Positions 18,489-28,819 of a DNA stretch of 64,000 bases are shown here, piece after piece (position 1 is the stretch's first letter; each line of letters begins with the position of its first letter). The notes below the pieces were generated by a model, which had not been told where the DNA came from, did not search any database, and saw only the letters and a list, made by a program, of their open reading frames with translations. A program made the translations under genes and the position numbers. Where the stretch lies: assembly GCA_964384105.1 (NCBI GenBank), contig CAYLJV010000001.1, forward strand, positions 192,001 through 256,000, read 5' to 3'. The stretch is from Candidatus Hadarchaeota archaeon. Its GTDB lineage: Archaea > Hadarchaeota > Hadarchaeia > Hadarchaeales > JAGGTB01.

Positions 18489-19799
18489 TTATTCCATTGA
18501 TATGAGAATTCCATCTTCTAGGTGATCCAATATCAGAATATAACTATTAAGGGCGTGGCAGATAGAATCTGTCCTCACGTACCAATTTCCTACATTCCAA
18601 TAAACTCCCCCGATGGCTCTGTCTGGTATTTTCAGGATTTTTTGATGTTCTTCCGAGTACGTGTTTTGAATTATCCATCTTATTCCTCGGACAACTGCTT
18701 CTTTGTACTTTTCACAGTTGTTTATCCCCTGGTCTCTACAGAATAGGTAAGTTTCGGCCATGACTTCGGATATCCACCCGTTTCCGCTTGTTGAATAAGC
18801 ACCTCGCCACCTGCCGTGATTGCGAATAAAATCTTTGTCTGTTATCTGTTCTTTTAGGATAAGGTCGCTTAGTTCTAAAACTACATCTTTATATTTTTCT
18901 TCTCGACTGGCTTTGTAAAAATCTAGTAAGGACATTACTACCCAAGAGTTAGAAATCGGATTTTTGTCTCTATATTCTCCTTCAACGTAACCTTGCTCAT
19001 TTTTGTATTTTTCAACGTACCTATCAGCGATTTTTTTAGCTGTTTCATAATACTTTTGATCTTCAGTTACTCTGTAAAGTCTTGATAGAGAAGATAGGAC
19101 CTGTCCTTGATAAAGGAGAGATTCTTTGTTTCCTTCCCACCAAGCTCCAGTTGGCCCTCTTTCGAGATAGGGATTTATTGTTCCGTCTAGATTTTGCATT
19201 GTGGTAAGCCAATTTCCAGCTAGCTTTGCAGATTCTAGATATCTGTTTTCTTCGGTAAGATCGTATAATTCGATTAGAGTAAATATATTGAGTGCGCTTG
19301 TACCTACGACGAATCTATTTTCCTTTGTTCCTGTTTCTAATTGGTATGAGTAGTGAAACGCTCCGTAAGTTCTTTCACTTTTGTCTTTGTTTTGCATAGA
19401 GAGAAGAAAATCCCCAAATTTGGAGAGATGTTTTAAAATTCTGTTGTCGGTTTCTAGTTCATTAGCATATAGTAGGGTGTATACTATTGAGGCCGAGTAG
19501 ACAGAAACCAGTTGGTCGTCGAAGCTATCTTTGAAGGTATGATAGTATTTATGAAATCCATATTTGTTTTCATCCATTGCTTTGAAAAGAAAGTCTGTTC
19601 CCTGATCGATTTTTTGACGAATCAGCTTCTTGTCAAGATTAACTACGAAAACTGAGTTATCTAAGATTTTTAGTTTCTCATCAGATTCATCGGTTCTGGT
19701 TATTACTTCGCCTGTTAAAAATAGGAAGCTCAAGATCCCTGCAGTGATTATAATGATTATTGTCACTATTGCGACCGGAGTTCTAAAGTTGCTTTTCAT
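18489..19799 (-). CDS. Membrane-anchored alpha/alpha-barrel protein of unknown function
   Basis: N-terminal TM helix; repeated LxxLYxxTxxxxYLxxAxxxxxxL helical hairpins; C-terminal RTDSICHA. Confidence 0.6.
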   Translation of the reverse strand: MKSNFRTPVAIVTIIIIITAGILSFLFLTGEVITRTDESDEKLKILDNSVFVVNLDKKLIRQKIDQGTDFLFKAMDENKYGFHKYYHTFKDSFDDQLVSVYSASIVYTLLYANELETDNRILKHLSKFGDFLLSMQNKDKSERTYGAFHYSYQLETGTKENRFVVGTSALNIFTLIELYDLTEENRYLESAKLAGNWLTTMQNLDGTINPYLERGPTGAWWEGNKESLLYQGQVLSSLSRLYRVTEDQKYYETAKKIADRYVEKYKNEQGYVEGEYRDKNPISNSWVVMSLLDFYKASREEKYKDVVLELSDLILKEQITDKDFIRNHGRWRGAYSTSGNGWISEVMAETYLFCRDQGINNCEKYKEAVVRGIRWIIQNTYSEEHQKILKIPDRAIGGVYWNVGNWYVRTDSICHALNSYILILDHLEDGILISME

Positions 19800-20188
19800 A
19801 AGTGATTCTTCCGTTATTTGGAGTAAATCTAGTTTTAAACTTAATTAATATTTGATTAAGAACTACCGGAGTATTTTTATAGAATTTACTCCTTGTAAAC
19901 TGCCTCCAAATGCTTATTTTTCAGATTTTAAAAATTAGTTAACTTTTTTCCAAGATTTATCCCTTATTTTAGGGAAAATTCAAATCCATGGGTTCTATTT
20001 TTTGATTTAGTTTATTTACAGTAGTTAATATTTTTAAATTAAAGAGATAAAATAAGATTGCTAATAGAGATATGGTGTGTTCAATACTTTCGGAGGATAA
20101 TTTTATTTATAGGACAATAAATATGGCAAGGTAAACTATTTTATAGGGAAGCAAATTTTAATGAAGAGAGAGGTAGAGGTCTAGTTCA

Positions 20189-21448
20189 ATGTTAGATAAT
20201 GCGGTTTTGGCGATTATAGGAGATTTTACTCCAGAAAATTTCATAATCTGGTTAGTTCTATTTGGTGGAATCTCTATACTTTATATGATATTTATGCCCC
20301 AAATGATGGGACTACAGGCTACTTTTGCCATAAGAGGAGCCAAAAAATCTTTGAATAAGTTAAAAAATTGGTCTGATGATTCCAGGAGAATAGCCCTCAA
20401 GGAATTATCCAAACATGGTAGATCTACTTCAGAAATTAAGTCTGAATTTGAAGACATTTTAGAATTTTTCACGATTAGTCCTGTTTCCGAGGATCCTAGT
20501 GGAGTTTTAAAAAGACTTGAGCATCTTTTAGATGTTAGAAAAAGTAGATTTGAAGAGAATGTTAGGCGAATGGCTCCCGAGGCTGACGGTGAGGCGGCCG
20601 CAAATCTCGAAATGACTATAGAGGGGGCCCTGGCGAATTACACTCTTTACAAGGTTGTCAGGCACTTCATCTCCGTAGCGGAGAAAACCAATAGTATGCA
20701 ATTGGCTACAATGCTTCAGATGATGTTACCAATGCTCGAAAAGATGGCGGAAGCCTATCACGTAGCTACGGAAGCGTTTGTTGAAGGTAAGATCATTGGA
20801 GATGGTATTGGTCCGATGATTGCTACCAACTTCATAGGGGAAGAACCTACTACTGAGGAGATAAAGGATACAGTTTATGCTAAGACAGAAATCGAAGGCA
20901 GAACTGCTTATATAGTCAAAGCAAAGGGTCCAGGTGGAAGAGTAGGAAAACCTGGTGAGTTGATTAGAAGCCTTTCCAGGAATAAGAAGCTTGATAGAAT
21001 AATCATGGTAGATGCTGGTTTGAAACTCGAAGGCGAAGAGAGTGGAAAGATTGTAGAAGGTGTTGGAGCTGCGATTGGTGGACCCCCAGTTGAGAAACAC
21101 AAGATAGAAGAGCTTGCAACTAAAAGAGAGATACCTGTTGATGCTATAGTCATCAAACAGAGCTTGAAGGAAGCCATCACTCCCATGACTGAGACTTTGT
21201 CAAAGTCAATCGATGGAGTAGTAGAAAAGATTAAAAAAGCCGTCCAAGAGAGGACCGATGAAGGCGACGTCGTTATAGTTGCCGGTATTGGAAATACAAT
21301 TGGAGTGGGACAGAGCTTCAGGGATTTGCCCAAGGAGTTCCCGAAGGAGAAGAAGGAGAAAGGTGAACTTGAATCTTTCATGCCTTTACCTGGTATGGGC
21401 GGAGCCTCTAAGTTTAAAGAACACTTCGGTCTATCCGAAAAGCATTAA
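20189..21448 (+). CDS. DUF1512 family membrane-anchored protein
   Basis: N-terminal TM; P.S.DPSG, YKVVRH, GDGIGP, KAKGPGG.VG, VDAGLKLEGE.SG, GIGNTIGV. Confidence 0.85.
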   Translation: MLDNAVLAIIGDFTPENFIIWLVLFGGISILYMIFMPQMMGLQATFAIRGAKKSLNKLKNWSDDSRRIALKELSKHGRSTSEIKSEFEDILEFFTISPVSEDPSGVLKRLEHLLDVRKSRFEENVRRMAPEADGEAAANLEMTIEGALANYTLYKVVRHFISVAEKTNSMQLATMLQMMLPMLEKMAEAYHVATEAFVEGKIIGDGIGPMIATNFIGEEPTTEEIKDTVYAKTEIEGRTAYIVKAKGPGGRVGKPGELIRSLSRNKKLDRIIMVDAGLKLEGEESGKIVEGVGAAIGGPPVEKHKIEELATKREIPVDAIVIKQSLKEAITPMTETLSKSIDGVVEKIKKAVQERTDEGDVVIVAGIGNTIGVGQSFRDLPKEFPKEKKEKGELESFMPLPGMGGASKFKEHFGLSEKH

Positions 21449-21474
21449 AGCAGTGAATGTTGGAAGGGTAAAAG

Positions 21475-23661
21475 ATGAGAAGATATAAACATTTGTCCGA
21501 GATCCAGAAGCTGATGTGGGATCATGAACATATCCGGGATATAGGGATAATCGCTCATATCGACCACGGCAAGACCACTTTGACTGATTCATTAGTAGCC
21601 GACTCAGGAATTATCTCAGAAAAGCACGCAGGTGAACAACTTTTCACTGATTTTATGGAGGAGGAACAGGAAAGGGGAATAACAATTCAGACTGCAGCTG
21701 TAAGTTTGGCCCACAATTATGAAGGCGACCACTACATGATCAACTTACTTGATACTCCCGGTCACGTTGACTTCAGTGGGGATGTTACTAGAGCTCTTAG
21801 AGCGATTGATGGAGCAGTTGTGGTAGTAGATGCGGTCGAGGGTGTCATGGTTCAAACAGAAACCGTTCTGAGGCAAGCCATCCGAGAACACGTTCAACCT
21901 GTTCTGTTCATAAACAAGGTTGATCGTCTAATAAGCGAATTGAAGCTAACTCCCCAAGCTATGCAGGAACGGTTTATCAAAATCATTACCAAGTATAACA
22001 AGCTCTTGAAAAAATATGCGCCGGATGATCTTGCTAAAGAGTGGAAGGTTAGTGTAGAGGATGGTTCTGTCGCATTTGGTTCAGCCGTTGATAAATGGGC
22101 TTTGTCTTCAACTCAGATGGAAAAGAAGAAGATCAAGTTCGGAGACATTATCGAGGCTTACAAGAATAATAAAATCGAAGAGCTCACTGAGAAGAGTCCT
22201 CTCGATGAAGTTATTCTAGATATGGTGGTTCACCATCTTCCGAATCCGGATAAGGCTCAGGCCGAGCGTATTCCGGTCATCTGGAGAGGAGACCCGGAAA
22301 GTGAGCTAGGTAAGAGTATGATCAGATCGGATCCGGAAGGTCCTCTGTGTATGATCGTTACAGATGTTCAGGTCGATGAACAAGCCGGTGTTGTTTCCAC
22401 TGGTAGAATATTTTCTGGAACCTTAGAGGTTGGCAAGGAAGTACACCTAGTTAATGCGAAAAAAGACGCTAGAATACAACAGGTGGGTATCTACATGGGT
22501 CCGGATAGGGTGACGGTGGAAAAGGCCCCAGCCGGTAATATTGCTGCGGTTATAGGTATGGAGGATGCTATTGTTGGAGAGACTATTGTTGACAGGGGAG
22601 TTGAGAGTCAGGGATTCGAAGACCTACAGTATGTAAGTGAGCCTGTTGTTACCGTTGCCGTAGAGCCTAAAAATTACAAAGACCTTCCTGAATTAATAAA
22701 AGAGATGAAGAGGATTTCTAGGGAAGATCCAAATGTCGTTGTTAGTATAGACGAGGAGACTGGTGAATATCTCATTTCAGGTATGGGGGAACTACATCTT
22801 CAGATAGTTGAACATGCATTAGAGGATGCGGGTCTTGAGATAGAGACCTCCGAGCCATTAGTCGTTTATAGGGAGGCAGTTAAAGGAAGGAGTGATTCTA
22901 TTGAGGGAATTTCTCCGAATCGACATAATCGATTGAAGTTTTCTGTGGAGCCGCTGGACTCTGAGGTCGTTGAAGCGTTGGATAATGGTGAGATTTTCGA
23001 TAAACAGGATCAGAAAGAAAGAGCCCAGAAGCTTAGGGATTTAGGTTGGGAAACAAAGCCAGCAAAGAACGTGATGGCGGTAGAGGATCAGACTATTCTT
23101 GTTGATACTACTAAAGGTATTCAGTATTTGAGGGAGATAGAGGATTATATCGCTGATTCTTTCAGGGAAGCTGTGAATGAGGGTCCCTTGATGGGAGAGC
23201 CTGTTAGAGGAGTTCGAGTGAATCTAGTCGATGCTAAGCTTCATGAGGACAATATTCATAGAGGTCCTGCTCAGATAATGCCTGCGACTCGAAAAGCTAT
23301 CCATGCTGCGGTTCTTGTGGCAAATCCCACGATCTTGGAACCGTTTTTGAAGGTGGAGGTTAGAACACCACAGGAGTTCTTAGGCAATGTGACCCAAGTT
23401 ATCCAAAGTCGTAGAGGTCAAGTTAATTCTATAGACTCGGAGGAGGGGTTGGCTATAGTTACCTCGCATATACCAGTTGCAGAATCTTTCGGATTATCTG
23501 CAGATATGCGTTCTTCGACTGAGGGACGTGCCCTTTGGGGATCGGAGTTCTCCGAATTCGATGAGGTACCTCAAAGCTTGCAAGGGGAAGCTATCAAAAC
23601 TACTAGAGAGAGAAAAGGAATGAAACCGAAACCGCCGAGACCGGAAGACCTTGTCGAGTAG
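21475..23661 (+). CDS. fusA: Translation elongation factor aEF-2
   Basis: AHIDHGKTT, RGITI, DTPGHVDF, NKVD, GMGELH, HEDNIHRG diphthamide loop. Confidence 0.97.
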   Translation: MRRYKHLSEIQKLMWDHEHIRDIGIIAHIDHGKTTLTDSLVADSGIISEKHAGEQLFTDFMEEEQERGITIQTAAVSLAHNYEGDHYMINLLDTPGHVDFSGDVTRALRAIDGAVVVVDAVEGVMVQTETVLRQAIREHVQPVLFINKVDRLISELKLTPQAMQERFIKIITKYNKLLKKYAPDDLAKEWKVSVEDGSVAFGSAVDKWALSSTQMEKKKIKFGDIIEAYKNNKIEELTEKSPLDEVILDMVVHHLPNPDKAQAERIPVIWRGDPESELGKSMIRSDPEGPLCMIVTDVQVDEQAGVVSTGRIFSGTLEVGKEVHLVNAKKDARIQQVGIYMGPDRVTVEKAPAGNIAAVIGMEDAIVGETIVDRGVESQGFEDLQYVSEPVVTVAVEPKNYKDLPELIKEMKRISREDPNVVVSIDEETGEYLISGMGELHLQIVEHALEDAGLEIETSEPLVVYREAVKGRSDSIEGISPNRHNRLKFSVEPLDSEVVEALDNGEIFDKQDQKERAQKLRDLGWETKPAKNVMAVEDQTILVDTTKGIQYLREIEDYIADSFREAVNEGPLMGEPVRGVRVNLVDAKLHEDNIHRGPAQIMPATRKAIHAAVLVANPTILEPFLKVEVRTPQEFLGNVTQVIQSRRGQVNSIDSEEGLAIVTSHIPVAESFGLSADMRSSTEGRALWGSEFSEFDEVPQSLQGEAIKTTRERKGMKPKPPRPEDLVE

Positions 23662-23664
23662 GCT

Positions 23665-24528
23665 TTAGATTTTTCTTTTTGGTAGTTCTGCAGAGATTTC
23701 CTCGAGAGAATTCGAAATTTTTCCAAAATCCTTTGGTTTTATCTGACCCGGCCGAAGGTTTTTGATTTCTTCTGGTAGAGCCTTATCTATTATTTCCCTT
23801 TTTTCTTCCTTGGAGAAATTTGAGTTGGGGAATATTCTTTCGAAAGAATTGCGTAGACTGTTTCTAATTTTTTTTCTGCGATGTTGGAAAGCAGATTTTA
23901 CCACTTTATAGAATCTGTTTTTGTTTAAAACTTCAAAGGGTGGTTCTCTTGGTGTTACCTTCACTATCGCCGACCAAACTTCAGGTTGGGGCATGAAGGC
24001 GTTGGGTGGAACCTCTTCTAATATTTCGGCCTCTGCTTGAAATAGTAAATTTACTGTCAGACTATTGTAGTTCCTCGATCCGGGTTCGGCAACCATTCTT
24101 TCAGCGAATTCTTTTTGATACATCAGAATTCCGAAATCAAATTTTTGTTTTAATATTTTGGAAGTGACGGGTGACGATATAGAATATGGAAGATTTGCGA
24201 TCACTTTGTGAAAATTTGGGAGTTCAATTTCTAGAATATCTCCTTGGACAAGATTGAGATTGGAATTTTCTTTAAACCTTTCATTTAAAATTGGAATCAG
24301 TCTTTTGTCTTTTTCAACGGCTATTACTTCTTCTGCTTTTTCTAGTAGTAGTTCAGTGAGATTTCCTATACCCGGGCCGATCTCTAAAATTTTCTCGGCA
24401 GAAGAAATTTCACCGTAATCTACTATCCTTCTGAGGACTTCTTCGTTTACTAGATGGGATTGTCCATGTTTTTTGCTAAGCCTTATATCATATCTGCTTA
24501 GAATCTCTTTTGTCTTTTTTCTAATCAT
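23665..24528 (-). CDS. rsmA: 16S rRNA adenine dimethyltransferase
   Basis: GQSHL, EIGPGIG, ANLPYSISS, QKEFAERM, FQHRRK. Confidence 0.95.
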   Translation of the reverse strand: MIRKKTKEILSRYDIRLSKKHGQSHLVNEEVLRRIVDYGEISSAEKILEIGPGIGNLTELLLEKAEEVIAVEKDKRLIPILNERFKENSNLNLVQGDILEIELPNFHKVIANLPYSISSPVTSKILKQKFDFGILMYQKEFAERMVAEPGSRNYNSLTVNLLFQAEAEILEEVPPNAFMPQPEVWSAIVKVTPREPPFEVLNKNRFYKVVKSAFQHRRKKIRNSLRNSFERIFPNSNFSKEEKREIIDKALPEEIKNLRPGQIKPKDFGKISNSLEEISAELPKRKI

Positions 24529-24588
24529 TATTTCCCCAATTAACTATTACCTAATAACAAATAGAGGATTGGTTAAGGTGAGTAATCT

Positions 24589-24915
24589 TTGGTTGAAAAT
24601 TTTGAGAAAAAGAAGAAGGAGCTCTTTCAGAAGATATGTTCTGCGGATGAATTGAATAGAGATTTAGAGCGTAAAATTGTAGATCTGTATGGTCCTAGAG
24701 GAAAGCGGGCCATAAATGTAGTTAAAGAGGGAGGAGTGAGGAGAGAGGGAAAGAGATGGTTCGTTCGGGGAAGAGAGGAAGAATACGAGGTTGTGAAATC
24801 TCATTGCTCTTGTTTTGATTATGTCCTGAATATTACAACCGGTAAGACAGAGGTGGATATGTGCTACCATGCTCTTGCTAAGAATATCAAGGAGCTTTTG
24901 GAGCGAGAGTTTTGA
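24589..24915 (+). CDS. SWIM zinc-finger protein
   Basis: CSCFDY...CYH (CxC...CxH). Confidence 0.75.
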   Translation: MVENFEKKKKELFQKICSADELNRDLERKIVDLYGPRGKRAINVVKEGGVRREGKRWFVRGREEEYEVVKSHCSCFDYVLNITTGKTEVDMCYHALAKNIKELLEREF

Positions 24916-24983
24916 GAGGAGGCCTCTTTCGTTTTTAGTTATTTTTAAACCTATCCGTTTCCTATAGAGCTACAGGCGTCATT

Positions 24984-25364
24984 TTGGAGTTGTTGTATCT
25001 CATATTATTAGTCGGTTCGCCTGCTCTTGGTTTGGAGGTCTTATTGATGGGGCAAGGTGAGACTCTACATTCTTTGTATGCAAAGAAAAAATTTACTACT
25101 GTCCTGGTTATTTCCTTGATAGGTTTTAGTATCACAGGTACTTCTATAGTTATAGATAACTATCTGTCCTTGAACGCTCTCTATTTAGGTGGTTTGATTT
25201 TTCTCGGAACTTATATGGTGGGCAAGATCTTGCAGCTATCTAGCTCTAATAGTTTTGAAATGGATGATGTTGATGTTGAGGATGAGATCACGGATAAAGA
25301 AATTAGATTGTTACTCAAAAAGAGGGGCTTGAAAGATCTGGTGAAGGATAATAATGAGGAGTAA
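24984..25364 (+). CDS. Hypothetical membrane protein with acidic C-terminus
   Basis: Three hydrophobic segments, then an acidic region and a short basic helix. Confidence 0.55.
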   Translation: MELLYLILLVGSPALGLEVLLMGQGETLHSLYAKKKFTTVLVISLIGFSITGTSIVIDNYLSLNALYLGGLIFLGTYMVGKILQLSSSNSFEMDDVDVEDEITDKEIRLLLKKRGLKDLVKDNNEE

Positions 25365-25439
25365 ATCGGTAAGTCATCCCAAAACTTATAAGCTACTTTG
25401 CTAAATCAATGTTCGGAAAAAATTTAGAGGTGGAATATT

Positions 25440-27467
25440 ATGTCTGAGAATGTTGGTGGAAATTTGAAAGATTCTGGAAAAAATTGGGTTAAGGAAGACC
25501 CCGAAAAAGAAAAGGTCTATTGGCCAAGTGATGAGTTGAAAGAAAAGGCTTGGTTGAACGATCCTAAAGTTTACGAAGAGGCTAGAAAAGATCCAAAAGC
25601 ATTCTGGGCTAAGAAAGCGAAGGAAGCGTTGGATTGGTTCGAAGAATGGGACGAAATTCAAGAATGGAATCCACCTTACTTTAACTGGTTCTTAGGTAGT
25701 GAAACTAATTTAGCTTACAATTGTTTGGATAGAAACTTGGATGAAAGAAGAGATCAGGCTGCGATAATTTGGGAGCCTGAGCCGGAAGATGAGCATCCAA
25801 GAATATTCACTTATCAAGATCTTTATAGGGAAGTGAACAAGTTCGCAAATGCCCTGAAGAGTCTGGGGGTCAAGAAAGGTGATCCAGTTACTTTCTGGAT
25901 GCCAATGATTCCCGAGACTGCGATAGCAGCATTGGCTTGTCAGAGAATTGGTGCATGGCACTCTATTGTTTACACTGCGTTCAGTCCGAATGCGGTGAAG
26001 GACCGGATGGAAGATGCTGGTTCTAAAACACTCATAACTGCTGATGCTCTTTTCAGAGGCGGCAAACCTGTTACTCTAAAGGAAAAGGTTGACAAGGTCC
26101 TAGAAGAAGTAGGTGCAGAAAACTGTATAGTTGTCAACAGGGCGAAGACTGATCCACCAATGAAGGAGGGGAGAGATCACTTCTTCGGTGATATAGTAAA
26201 AGATCAATCGAACTATTGTGAACCCGAAAGCATAGGTGCGGAGGATACAGGATTCCTTCTTTACACCTCAGGTACCACAGGTAAGCCAAAAGGTATTAAA
26301 CATTCTTGTGGGGCATATGCTGCACAAGCCGCCCTAACGACTAAGTGGGTTTTCGATCTCAAACCCGATGATGTGTTTTTCTCTACGGCCGATATAGGCT
26401 GGATTACTGGTCATAGTTACACTTTGTATGGTCCGCTTCTTAATGGATCTACTACACTCTGGTACGAGGGTTCTCCATATTACCCCGAACCGGATCGATG
26501 GTGGAGAATCATTGAGAAGTATGGTGTCACTATATTTTACACAGCACCAACTGCTATCCGAGCCCTTAGACAAAAGGGTGACAAGTGGATTAAGAAGCAT
26601 GACTTGAGTACCCTAAGGTTGATGGGTTCTGTAGGTGAACCAATAGATCCTGATACTTGGGAATGGTTCTTTGAAGAAATTGGTGGCGGAAGATGTCCCA
26701 TTGTGGACACTTACTGGCAAACCGAAACTGGAGGGATACTACTTTCGTCCTTGCCCGGAATCGGTCCATTCGTACCAGGAGTTGCGGGTCCACCACTACC
26801 CGGAATAGAATACGAGGTAGTTGATGTTACAGGACAACCTTTAGGTGTAAACGATAGCGGCAAAGTTGTAATGAAACCTCCTTTCGGAATAGGTATGCTG
26901 AGAGGGGTTTACAAGAGACCCGACAAGTACAAGGAAGAATACTGGAGTGAATACGGAGACGAGCTCTACTTCTCTGGAGACGGAGGTAGGAAGACGGACC
27001 TTGAGATTGGTGGACAACCACTGATCCAAATCACAGGTAGAATTGATGATGTGTTAGAAGTTGCTGGACACAGACTGGGAACGGCAGAAATTGAAGACGC
27101 CATAAGCGAATTGGATGAAGTAGTTGAGGTAGCAGTTGTTGGAGAACCTCACGATGTTAAAGGAGAAGTTCCAGCAGTGTTTGTAATCACAAAGGAAGGA
27201 GTAGATCCGGAAGCTCAAAGAGAAGAACTCGAAAAGAAGATCGTTGATATCGTGAGAGATAAAGTTGGTCCAGTTGCAACGCCTGGCGTAGCTTACTTCG
27301 TCTCGGATGTGCCACGAACAGAAAGTGGTAAGGTTATAAGAAGATTCCTTAAAGCGCTGGTTAGAGATGAGGAACTAGGTGACATGACCACTGCGAGTAA
27401 CCCACAGTGTCTAAAGGAACTTGCTGAGAAGACAAACTATAAAGGACCACAAAAAATCGATTTCTAA
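25440..27467 (+). CDS. acs: AMP-forming acetyl-CoA synthetase
   Basis: YTSGTTGKPKG, ADIGWITGHSY, SVGEPI, DTYWQTETGG, GRIDDV, SGK. Confidence 0.94.
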   Translation: MSENVGGNLKDSGKNWVKEDPEKEKVYWPSDELKEKAWLNDPKVYEEARKDPKAFWAKKAKEALDWFEEWDEIQEWNPPYFNWFLGSETNLAYNCLDRNLDERRDQAAIIWEPEPEDEHPRIFTYQDLYREVNKFANALKSLGVKKGDPVTFWMPMIPETAIAALACQRIGAWHSIVYTAFSPNAVKDRMEDAGSKTLITADALFRGGKPVTLKEKVDKVLEEVGAENCIVVNRAKTDPPMKEGRDHFFGDIVKDQSNYCEPESIGAEDTGFLLYTSGTTGKPKGIKHSCGAYAAQAALTTKWVFDLKPDDVFFSTADIGWITGHSYTLYGPLLNGSTTLWYEGSPYYPEPDRWWRIIEKYGVTIFYTAPTAIRALRQKGDKWIKKHDLSTLRLMGSVGEPIDPDTWEWFFEEIGGGRCPIVDTYWQTETGGILLSSLPGIGPFVPGVAGPPLPGIEYEVVDVTGQPLGVNDSGKVVMKPPFGIGMLRGVYKRPDKYKEEYWSEYGDELYFSGDGGRKTDLEIGGQPLIQITGRIDDVLEVAGHRLGTAEIEDAISELDEVVEVAVVGEPHDVKGEVPAVFVITKEGVDPEAQREELEKKIVDIVRDKVGPVATPGVAYFVSDVPRTESGKVIRRFLKALVRDEELGDMTTASNPQCLKELAEKTNYKGPQKIDF

Positions 27468-27498
27468 TCACGATTGAAATGACGAGTTGGAATTAACG

Positions 27499-28077
27499 AT
27501 GGCTGCCGAAAAATTCGCGAATCCAGCTCCATTGGGACTAGCAGGATTCGGATTCACCACAGTTTTACTTAATTTAGTTAACGCAGGCATAGTTGGTAGT
27601 GGATTAGAGACAAGTTTTGTTTTGACTATGGGGCTTTTCTTCGGTGGACTATGTCAGCTTATCGCTGGTCATTGGGCCTTTAAGTTGGGTGAAGTATTCC
27701 CTGCTACTGCTTTTACATCGTACGGTGCGTTTTGGGAAACTTTCGCTTTTTACCTTCTTCTGAGTCAAGTCGGATTAGTTGGTGTTCCTACTGGTGGTGG
27801 CATCGCTGCTTATATGATACTATGGGGAATATTCACTTTCTACATGTGGATTAATAGTTTCTACCACAATTGGAATCTTGTGGGTGTATTTCTCACATTA
27901 TGGATTTTATTCTTCCTTTTAGGAGCTCACTTTGCCTTGGATAGCACCTTGCTATTGAGAATAGCCGGAATTGAAGGTATTATCTGCGGTTTCTGGGCAG
28001 TTTGGACAAGTTTCTGTTTTGTCTTCCTTGACCACACTGGGGTTAAACTGCCAGGCATGGGTAATCCCCTAGAATAG
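27499..28077 (+). CDS. satP: Acetate uptake transporter (SatP/GPR1/FUN34/YaaH)
   Basis: ANPAPLGLAGF, GGLCQL, AFTSYGAFW signatures; directly after acs. Confidence 0.92.
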   Translation: MAAEKFANPAPLGLAGFGFTTVLLNLVNAGIVGSGLETSFVLTMGLFFGGLCQLIAGHWAFKLGEVFPATAFTSYGAFWETFAFYLLLSQVGLVGVPTGGGIAAYMILWGIFTFYMWINSFYHNWNLVGVFLTLWILFFLLGAHFALDSTLLLRIAGIEGIICGFWAVWTSFCFVFLDHTGVKLPGMGNPLE

Positions 28078-28111
28078 GGATTAATGGAAAAAATAGTAGT
28101 TTTAACTAATT

Positions 28112-28666
28112 TTAAGATTCTATTTCTTCTAGTAATTTTTTAACAATAGGAAATTCTTCTTGATACTTTTCTATATCTTCTTTTACGGTTTCCCATATTT
28201 CCTTGATCTTTTTGGATTGTATCCCTCTCTGGAATAGATATTTTGCTTCGATAAGAATAGAAAATTTATCTGCTAAGTGAACTAGTTTTGATTCCTTTGT
28301 TTTTGAGTCAGAGTATTCTTTCCACAGGTTTAGGTATTCCTCTCTGTTAGGTATATCCTTGACAATTATGTTTTCTATGACATTTTCTTCAATGTTTCTT
28401 TTGACTTCTTTTCCGATTTGTTCTGTAACCTCTTTTGAAAAGTCTCCGATTACAGCTTCCGCCCAGTCGTGGAGAACAGACATTTTCAAAGCTCTTTCGA
28501 TATCTATTTTTCCATCTATCGAGTCTGAAAGTATCATGGTAATTGCTGTGGTCTCGAAAGAGTGTTGGGCTACGTCCTCTGCTTCTGAAGGAGCGGCCCC
28601 GCTTTCTAGCCAGCCCATTCTCGGGACTCTTTTTAATGAATTTATCTTCTTTAGAAAATCATACAA
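28112..28666 (-). CDS. HD-domain hydrolase (YfbR/HDDC2-like 5'-deoxynucleotidase)
   Basis: LKRVPRMGW, EDVAQHS, HDWAEA..GD, ADK. Confidence 0.88.
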   Translation of the reverse strand: MYDFLKKINSLKRVPRMGWLESGAAPSEAEDVAQHSFETTAITMILSDSIDGKIDIERALKMSVLHDWAEAVIGDFSKEVTEQIGKEVKRNIEENVIENIIVKDIPNREEYLNLWKEYSDSKTKESKLVHLADKFSILIEAKYLFQRGIQSKKIKEIWETVKEDIEKYQEEFPIVKKLLEEIES

Positions 28667-28819
28667 ACTATCGGTCCCTTCTCTTTTCTTTTGGAAAGTT
28701 TATTATGTCTATTAATTAATTGTATCTATTTTGCTTCCAAATGGTTTAATAGACCGGATTTGAGTTTAAATAAGTAGAAGTTTTAAGTTGAGATTGATAA
28801 TCATCAGAGAGGAAGTAAA

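Noticed and set aside
19800-20188. AT-rich intergenic region as a replication origin or ncRNA
   Set aside because: No ORB repeats or adjacent cdc6; only short imperfect dyads; consistent with divergent promoters.
23240-23270. EF-2 diphthamide loop variant HEDNIHRG
   Set aside because: The target His and RG are intact, so this is within normal archaeal variation and not a diphthamide-less paralog.
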